Source: an uncultured Verrucomicrobiae bacterium
GTDB lineage: Bacteria; Verrucomicrobiota; Verrucomicrobiia; Chthoniobacterales; Chthoniobacteraceae
Direction of reading: 5' to 3'
DNA length: 64,000 nt
Assembly: GCA_963836755.1 (NCBI GenBank)
Contig: CAWIKF010000001.1
Span: 64,001 to 128,000, forward strand
The position numbers and the translations under genes were made by a program. The notes under the pieces are model-generated. The model searched no databases. It was not told the DNA's origin and worked only from the letters and a program-made list of their open reading frames with translations. Shown piece after piece: positions 39,567 to 46,015 of the stretch (its first letter is position 1; each line of letters opens with the position of its first letter).

Positions 39567-40480
39567 TGTCCTCACCGCAAAAAGCTCATTCCGCGACAGT
39601 GCTGCTTTCGATAGTGATTGTGACCTATCAATCGCGCGCTGAGATCGGAGCGTGCCTCGAATCAATTCCGCAGGAACTTTGTGGTGAGCCTGTGGAAGTC
39701 ATCGTAGTGGACAACGATTCAAAGGATGGCACTTTGCAAGCCATTCGTGAGGCTTATCCTGGGGTCAACGCGAGTTCCTCCGGCGCAAACCTAGGATTCG
39801 GACGTGCGAACAATCTGGGAATTAGTTATGCCAGAGGCAGGTTCGTTCTATTTCTAAACCCAGACACCATCCTGAATCGAAACGCGCTGGAAGGCTGTCT
39901 TCAGCGGCTAATGTCAGAGAGCGACATCGGCATTATTTCGCCGAAACTATTGCTCGAAACTGGTGAGATGGACTTGGCATGCAGGCGCTCCGTGCCGACG
40001 GTTTGGGATGGCTTCATGCGGGCTTCAGGACTGGCCCGCATCTTTCCGCGAGTGCGTTTGTGCGCGGGTTATAACCTGACCTATTTGCCGGAGAATGAAA
40101 CCTACTCCGTTGGCGCGGTGAATGGTGCATTCATGATGATCCCTCGCCGCGTCCTGGACGAGATCGGGCCGTTCGACGAAAAGTTTTTCATGTATGGGGA
40201 AGACCTTGATCTCTGTCACCGCTGCAGCCTCGCCGGATACAAGGTGATCTATGACGGGCGTTACGCCGTCATCCATCTGAAAGGCCGCAGCTCTAGCAAG
40301 GATTATCGCGTAATGTCCCAGCAGGTGTTCGTGGGAACAAAACAGTTTTACCTAAAGCACTTCAACCGCGATAGCTCGCGATGGGTCCGATGGAAGTATG
40401 TGAGCTTGTTCTGGTTGTGGAGCACCTATGCGATGATCGCGGGCAGTTTGACGCGGCACAAGGGCGCGCGCCCCGTCTAG
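39566..40480 (+). CDS. Glycosyltransferase family 2 (WbbL/rhamnosyltransferase-like)
   Basis: SIVIVTY; VVDNDSKDGT; NLGFGRANN; FLNPD; GAFMMI; FDEKFFMYGEDLDLC. Confidence 0.93.
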   Translation: MSSPQKAHSATVLLSIVIVTYQSRAEIGACLESIPQELCGEPVEVIVVDNDSKDGTLQAIREAYPGVNASSSGANLGFGRANNLGISYARGRFVLFLNPDTILNRNALEGCLQRLMSESDIGIISPKLLLETGEMDLACRRSVPTVWDGFMRASGLARIFPRVRLCAGYNLTYLPENETYSVGAVNGAFMMIPRRVLDEIGPFDEKFFMYGEDLDLCHRCSLAGYKVIYDGRYAVIHLKGRSSSKDYRVMSQQVFVGTKQFYLKHFNRDSSRWVRWKYVSLFWLWSTYAMIAGSLTRHKGARPV

Positions 40481-40494
40481 CGCAGGATAGGCGA

Positions 40495-42033
40495 CTAGTA
40501 AGCGTTATCGCGCTGGAAGAAAGTCATCAGCATGATTTGCAGATCGAGCATGATGTTCCAGTTCTCCAAATAGAAGAGATCGGCACGGATGCGTTCAGTG
40601 AGATCCGTGTCGCCGCGGAGACCTTTGACCTGCGCCCAGCCGGTAATGCCTGGCTTCACGTTGTGCCGCGCGTTGTAGTGCGGAATCTCCTGCTTGAAGT
40701 TTGCGATCAGCTCCGGCCGCTCGGGGCGTGGACCAACGAGGCTCATTTCGCCCTTCAGCACGTTCCAAAACTGCGGGATTTCGTCGATATTCCATGCGCG
40801 CATGAAAGCTCCGATCCGAAGTCGTCTGGGATCATCACGCTGTGCCCATCTTGCCCCCGTTTCTTTTTCAGCATCCATGCGCATGCTGCGGATTTTGATG
40901 ATGTCAAAGGACTCACCATTGCGCCCCATGCGACGTTGACGGTAAAAAATGGGCCCCGGCGATTCGAGGTATACCAAGCTTCCAAAGATCGCAATCAAGG
41001 GGACTGAGATAGCTAGTCCTATGAGTGCGCCGATTGCATCGGTAAGGCGTTTGGCGACGACGTTAAAGGTCCTATCGAGCGGTAACTGCGAAACGCCTAA
41101 CACTGGGATGCCGCTCACTGTCTCGAGTTCGAGGCCTGAGATGAGGATTTGGAAGTAGGATGGGATGACTTTGAATTGCACCATCTCTCTCTCACACAGA
41201 TTGGCCAGTCCCACGACTTCTCCTTTGACCACGTTCAAGTCCGCAAGAATCACGATATCTACGCCGTGACGGTGCATCAGTTGAGCGATATCTTGATACT
41301 CCCCGAGCACCGGCACATGTGGGTGATAGCGAAAGCGTGCATTCATTGAAGCCACGCACCCAGCGACTTCGTAGGAGGACATTTGCCCCATATCAAAGCT
41401 TCGGGCCAGGCGTTCCGACTCTTCATTCCAGCCGACAAAAAGAATCCTCTGACGGAGGCTCGTTGCGATGGAGGACTTGGCAAGGACGCGATGAAAAATG
41501 CAGCGCCAGACCAGCAAGAAAGTTAGCGCATTGAATGCAGAAATAGAAACGAAGACACGGGAGATCGGCGGCTGAAACTTAAAGATCACGGAGAAGCCAA
41601 GAAAGCCCACATACCAAAGCAGCGTCGCTTTGATGATGACCATCGCTACCTTCCGAAATTGCAGGAGTTTGTGACGCTCATAGACTTGGAAGTAGGCAAG
41701 CATCAAAACCAGCAACAGACAGCCGCAGGCAATGTAGCCGGCATAGTCGGCAAAGTTGACCTTCGCGATCACACCATAGTGCCTCATGACCGTGAAAAAG
41801 CGGACCCAGAAGCCGGCCACCAATGCGCATAAGATGACGGCGCTATCGCAAAGCAGGCTGGTGATGACGAGGCGTTCAGCGAGTGTGCGGGACCCTCGAC
41901 TCGAGAGTCTTTCCTCTGAGAAAGGAGCAGTAGAAACTTCTGCTACATCTGCCGCGCCGGTTTCCAGTGCAAAGGCAGGAGCCAAGGCTCCTTCCGACGT
42001 GTCCAAACAGCTTTCGTTTTTTGAAATAAACAT
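40495..42033 (-). CDS. Undecaprenyl-phosphate sugar phosphotransferase (WcaJ/WbaP-type priming enzyme)
   Basis: N-terminal TMs; KRLTD; KIRSM; IDEIPQFWNVLKGEMSLVGPRPERP; VKPGITGWAQV; DLFYLENW. Confidence 0.95.
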   Translation of the reverse strand: MFISKNESCLDTSEGALAPAFALETGAADVAEVSTAPFSEERLSSRGSRTLAERLVITSLLCDSAVILCALVAGFWVRFFTVMRHYGVIAKVNFADYAGYIACGCLLLVLMLAYFQVYERHKLLQFRKVAMVIIKATLLWYVGFLGFSVIFKFQPPISRVFVSISAFNALTFLLVWRCIFHRVLAKSSIATSLRQRILFVGWNEESERLARSFDMGQMSSYEVAGCVASMNARFRYHPHVPVLGEYQDIAQLMHRHGVDIVILADLNVVKGEVVGLANLCEREMVQFKVIPSYFQILISGLELETVSGIPVLGVSQLPLDRTFNVVAKRLTDAIGALIGLAISVPLIAIFGSLVYLESPGPIFYRQRRMGRNGESFDIIKIRSMRMDAEKETGARWAQRDDPRRLRIGAFMRAWNIDEIPQFWNVLKGEMSLVGPRPERPELIANFKQEIPHYNARHNVKPGITGWAQVKGLRGDTDLTERIRADLFYLENWNIMLDLQIMLMTFFQRDNAY

Positions 42034-42241
42034 GATGTCCCTAAAACCCTGTCATGCCCCATCAAATTGATTGGGCGCGTTGGACCCAGATTTTAGAGAT
42101 TTCGCCAACGCCGTCAAGGGCGATCATATAGTTTTAATATTTTTATAGCCTCGCAATAAACATGACCATTTTCAAGACAGCCGCTTTCTCAATATCGCCG
42201 AGTGGGGGCGTTCTAAAAACGAGCGTCGGCATCAAAAATTG

Positions 42242-42271
42242 TTGCCATCCGGCCGAAACTCCCGCTATCCT
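42242..42271 (+). promoter_or_regulatory. Candidate sigma70 promoter of tRNA-Gly
   Basis: TTGCCA-18 nt-TATCCT about 80 bp upstream of the tRNA. Confidence 0.4.
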
Positions 42272-42350
42272 CTCGAAACTTGATCGCGATTGATTCGCAT
42301 CTGCCGCTGCAAATGCACAGTTGCGAGGGAACGAAGATCGAGTTGGAGAT

Positions 42351-42423
42351 GCGGGTGTAGCTCAGTTGGTAGAGCACTACCTTGCCAAGGTAGACGTCGC
42401 GAGTTCGAGTCTCGTCACCCGCT
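42351..42423 (+). tRNA. tRNA-Gly(GCC)
   Basis: Acceptor stem GCGGGTG/CACCCGC; D-arm AGCTCAGTTGGTAGAGC; anticodon arm CTACC-TTGCCAA-GGTAG; T-loop GTTCGAG; no encoded CCA. Confidence 0.97.
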
Positions 42424-42775
42424 TATTCTTCTTCGCCGAGGCGGCTACTGCCCCGTAACATTTAAATCGACAAAAGCGGCATTTGGGGGAACCGCGAATG
42501 TTGATGACAGCGTTCCCGCTCCCTCCTCACCCGGCGAGGCCGACGGGGACTGGAAAACGCTTTTTTTCAGCCGCTCTAAAAAGTAAACGGTGAAATGCCC
42601 CGAGTTACGAAGCTCTTCCGCCGCAGGTTTTCAGCTTTGCGTTTGCTGGACCCGAAGGCAACATGGACTTCCGCCGAGCAATCTGATTTCGAATTGCCGT
42701 TTCCGTTTTGCATCGGATATTAGGTCGGATAACATGCGGAACTGAATCGCTTGAGAGAGCCGTTCACCGAGGATT

Positions 42776-42848
42776 GCCGGCATAGCTCAGTTGGTAGAGC
42801 AGCTGATTTGTAATCAGCAGGTCATCGGTTCGAGCCCGATTGCCGGCT
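42776..42848 (+). tRNA. tRNA-Thr(TGT)
   Basis: Acceptor stem GCCGGCA/TGCCGGC; anticodon arm GCTGA-TTTGTAA-TCAGC; T-arm ATCGG-TTCGAGC-CCGAT; no encoded CCA. Confidence 0.97.
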
Positions 42849-43243
42849 TACTCGGAGTTGGCACTTACTCAAGTTGCCAGGATTGATTGAGAAATCAGTG
42901 CCACTAAAAAGACCTTTTATATAACAATTATACTTATTCCCCCGCTGTTCGAACAAATGACGACGATCCCGATGCCCACATCTCCTCTGTTTGGATACGA
43001 TAGGATAGTCGCCGGCAATTTTGTTTAACAGGCGCACTTTGAGTGAACCATTCATCCCGGTCCTCGTGTCGCCCAGTCGCCGGCACCCGTATGAACCCGA
43101 TCTGCGCGTTTTTCGGCAACTTGCGTCACAGCGGCCACCGCGCCGGAAAAGCCGACTCCGGGCCGCGCTTGCGCCATTCTCCCATTCGCCCTTTCCCCGG
43201 AGCCGGTTTTTCAACCACGCGCTTATTTTACGCAAGTGACATA

Positions 43244-43258
43244 GGACATTGGCTGTCC
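43244..43258. promoter_or_regulatory. Palindromic box 1 (GGACA-N5-TGTCC), candidate WYL-regulator operator
   Basis: GGACATTGGCTGTCC. On the minus strand it is followed after 13 nt by TAAAAT (43225-43230). Degenerate copies lie at 43296-43310 and 43414-43428. Confidence 0.6.
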
Positions 43259-43552
43259 CAAGCTCCAAAAATCTGCATGTCATTTTTTTCGGCTCGGGCG
43301 GCAGATGTCCTACCCCGCGCGGCCACGCCCGATTCCTATCGACAACTTCATAGAGCGCGATCGCGGGATTGCTCTTCGCGAGGATGTCGCCAGAGAAAGC
43401 CATCAAGTTGAATGGACAAACAATGTTCGGCACCAGCAATCCTCGCTTCAGTCTTAATTGAGTAAATGAATCTTGTTCGGGAAACCGGTTCGCGCTTGCC
43501 TGTCAGCACAAAGGCAGATACCGGGTTGGACGTGCGAAGTCCAACATCTGCC

Positions 43553-44554
43553 ATGCGTCGAAGTGCAAAACGCAAGACCGCCTTTCATTCGCGACCACCG
43601 CTGGAGCGCATGATGCGGTTACATGAGAAGCTCAAAGCCGGTAAATTTCCCAACTGTCGCAAGCTCGCCGAGGAGCTGGAGGTCTCTTCGAAAACAATCC
43701 AGCGTGACATCGATTTCATGCGCGACCGGCTCAATCTGCCGATCGAATACGACCAGCTCCACTTTGGCTTCGCCTACACCGAGCCGGTGACGAGTTTCCC
43801 GAGCATTGAAGTTTCGGAAGGCGAAATCGTAGCTCTGTTCGTGGCGCAAAAAGCGATGGAACAATACAAAGGCACGCCGTTCGAGAAGTCGCTCAAGACG
43901 GCGTTTGAAAAGATCAGCGAGGGACTCCAGGACACTATTGATTTTCATTGGCACGAAGTGGATTCGGCAATCTCGTTTCGCGGGATTGGGAAGAGCATCG
44001 CGGACATCGAGTTATTTGAAATCGTGAGCCGTGCTGTGCTCAAATCGCACGAGCTGGCGTTTGAATACAAGAAGCTCCATGGATCACAGCACGAGTCTCG
44101 ACGTGTGCAGCCTTACCACCTCGGCTGTGTGGAAAATCAGTGGTATCTTTTCGGCTTCGATCTCGTGCGCCAGCAACGCCGGACCTTCGCGCTGCCACGG
44201 ATGCGAAAGCTCCGTGATACAGGCGCTAGGTTCAAACGCCCGGCCGATTTTTCAATCACCAAACATCTGGGCGACAGTTTTGGCGTGTTCACGGGCAACG
44301 GAAGGCGCCGTGTCCGGATCCGTTTCGACGAATTTGCCAGCCGGCTTGTGAGCGAGCGCCAGTGGCATCCATCGCAGAAAATCAAGCAGCTTCGCAACGG
44401 CGAGATCGAGCTCACTTTGGACCTCGGCGGTCTCGAGGAAATCGAGCGCTGGATTCTGAGTTGGGGCATACATGCGCGTGTGTTGGAGCCACGAGCACTG
44501 ATTGATCAGGTTCGGAACGTCGTGGACGTGATCAGGAAAAATTACGAGAGTTGA
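43553..44554 (+). CDS. HTH-WYL-WCX transcriptional regulator (YafY/PafBC-like)
   Basis: HTH LAEELEVSSKTIQRDIDFMRD; WYL domain RRVQPYHL....QWYLFGFD...RTFALPRM; C-terminal WCX EIERWILSWG..ARVLEP. ATG at 43553. Confidence 0.95.
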   Translation: MRRSAKRKTAFHSRPPLERMMRLHEKLKAGKFPNCRKLAEELEVSSKTIQRDIDFMRDRLNLPIEYDQLHFGFAYTEPVTSFPSIEVSEGEIVALFVAQKAMEQYKGTPFEKSLKTAFEKISEGLQDTIDFHWHEVDSAISFRGIGKSIADIELFEIVSRAVLKSHELAFEYKKLHGSQHESRRVQPYHLGCVENQWYLFGFDLVRQQRRTFALPRMRKLRDTGARFKRPADFSITKHLGDSFGVFTGNGRRRVRIRFDEFASRLVSERQWHPSQKIKQLRNGEIELTLDLGGLEEIERWILSWGIHARVLEPRALIDQVRNVVDVIRKNYES

Positions 44555-44727
44555 CGGCGCCGGCGGGAACCTCGGTCGCAGACAAGCGCGAACTCACCCT
44601 GCACGAGAATCGGCGCGGATGAGCGTCCCTGGATAACCGCCCGAAGTTTCTGGAACTTGTGGTGAACGTGTTCCGCGGTGAGCCAGCGCTGTTTGGGTCT
44701 GCGGTTTGGATAATGTGTCGTGTTCAT
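44542..44727 (-). CDS. Small basic hypothetical protein (61 aa)
   Basis: MNTTHYPNRRPKQRWLTAEHVHHKFQKLRAVIQG...RRRRQLS. The ATG is preceded by a -10-like hexamer and the perfect palindromic box; the ORF overlaps the WYL stop by 13 nt. Confidence 0.45.
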   Translation of the reverse strand: MNTTHYPNRRPKQRWLTAEHVHHKFQKLRAVIQGRSSAPILVQGEFALVCDRGSRRRRQLS

Positions 44728-44750
44728 GCGCGCTAAGATTCGCACGACCA

Positions 44751-44771
44751 GTGGGACATACGTTGTCCCAC
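44751..44771. promoter_or_regulatory. Perfect palindromic box GTGGGACA-N5-TGTCCCAC, candidate WYL-regulator operator
   Basis: 8-bp perfect inverted arms with a 5-nt spacer; same core as the box at 43244. Confidence 0.65.
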
Positions 44772-44869
44772 AGGAGGGAAAAAGAAACGCATCGCGCCCA
44801 TCGACGCTTTCGCTCGATTGCAGAACAGTGCCCGCGGGCACTGACACGGTCGCGGTCAGGATTTATCCG

Positions 44870-46015
44870 TCACGTTGAAACGTTGACTAGGAGACGTTGA
44901 ACGGTCCACACCGCCGCCGTGATCGCGATGAGGCTGGAGGCGGGAATTACGATGCAACGCCGATACCAAGGACGATGACGAAACCAGCCCACGACCAGAA
45001 AGGCGGCGGTGATGACTGCAAGCTGCCCGCACTCGACGCCCACGTTGAAGCCGATCAGTCCGGTCAGGAAATTATTCCGGGCCAGGCCGACTTTGGCAAA
45101 GGCACTGGCAAAACCCAGGCCGTGAATGAGCCCGAAGGAGAAGACAATCAAGGGTCGCCACGGTTTGAGTTCGCCGGTGCAAATATTTTCCACGGCGATG
45201 TAAACAATCGAGGCGGCAATGAGCGGCTCCGTGATCGACGACGGAAGGCGGATGACGCCGTAAATGGAAAGGCCCAACGTGATGGAATGGGCTACGGTGA
45301 AGGCAGAGACCTGCCAGAGAAGAGCGGTGAGACGGTTACTGAGCAAGAAAAGTCCCAGGACAAAGAGGATGTGGTCCAGGCCTTCGGGAACGATGTGGCG
45401 AAAGCCGACCACGACGTAGCGACCGAAATTAGTCAGGTGCGAAGCAGTTCCAGTCGGCGGAAGCCTCAGTTTGATATCGCTGGAATACTCGCCTGCGGCG
45501 ACAGGCTCGTCGTGACTTTCGCCATTGGGCAGCTCGTAGACATGGACCGTGTCACCGAGGACGTAGGGCAGACGGATGGAGATGGTGTGTGCGTTCGCAG
45601 GCAAAGTGCCGGAGAAAGAGATATCTCCAGGCATCAAAATTCTCGGCTGGATTTTGCGCGCGAGGACCTCATCGACTTCAGCCAAACCGGGCATTTGCCA
45701 CGAGGTGGGGACGACATCCCCGGCATCGGTGCGGATTACGACTTCTCGCCGGAAGCGATCGCCGGAATCGGAGAGCATCTGGCCCAGGTTCGCCCGCGGG
45801 CCATTCAGCAGGGCTTCGAGTTGCTCATTGGTAGTGGCGGCAGAAGTTTGTTCGAGCGCGTAGGAGAGGATGTCGATATTCACGTTCGCCCGAAAGTTCC
45901 CGGAGGGCTCGATCTCGATTTGCAGGGTGGTGAATTGCGCCGGGTGGGCCAGCGCCGACTGTGTCAGCAGCGCAAACAGGCCCAGTGTTCCGGCCACGAC
46001 CCAGGATTTACTCAC
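44870..46015 (-). CDS. HupE/UreJ-family membrane protein with an N-terminal exported domain
   Basis: Signal peptide ending ALA-HP; GFRHIVPEGLDHILF; AFTVAHSITL; FGLIHGLGFA; FNVGVECGQ. Likely GTG start at 46015 overlapping the GH38 stop. Confidence 0.9.
   Translation of the reverse strand: MSKSWVVAGTLGLFALLTQSALAHPAQFTTLQIEIEPSGNFRANVNIDILSYALEQTSAATTNEQLEALLNGPRANLGQMLSDSGDRFRREVVIRTDAGDVVPTSWQMPGLAEVDEVLARKIQPRILMPGDISFSGTLPANAHTISIRLPYVLGDTVHVYELPNGESHDEPVAAGEYSSDIKLRLPPTGTASHLTNFGRYVVVGFRHIVPEGLDHILFVLGLFLLSNRLTALLWQVSAFTVAHSITLGLSIYGVIRLPSSITEPLIAASIVYIAVENICTGELKPWRPLIVFSFGLIHGLGFASAFAKVGLARNNFLTGLIGFNVGVECGQLAVITAAFLVVGWFRHRPWYRRCIVIPASSLIAITAAVWTVQRLLVNVST

Noticed and set aside
42858..42880. 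TTGGCACTT-ACTC-AAGTTGCCA as a CIRCE element or sigma54 promoter
   Set aside because: The spacing fits neither CIRCE (N9) nor GG-N10-GC, and no heat-shock gene follows.
42946..42955. TGTTCGAACA palindrome resembling the reported Verrucomicrobia LexA box (TGTTC-N4-GAACA)
   Set aside because: The spacer is 0 rather than 4 nt and it is not upstream of an SOS gene. No such box was seen upstream of recA or the radical SAM gene either.
43007..43085. CRISPR-like mini-array from the AGTCGCCGGCA repeats
   Set aside because: Only two 11-bp copies and no cas genes. No CRISPR array was seen anywhere in the window.
42822..43439. 205-aa minus-strand ORF upstream of the WYL gene
   Set aside because: It overlaps tRNA-Thr, has low-complexity Arg/Gly/Ser composition, lacks motifs and runs through the putative operator boxes.
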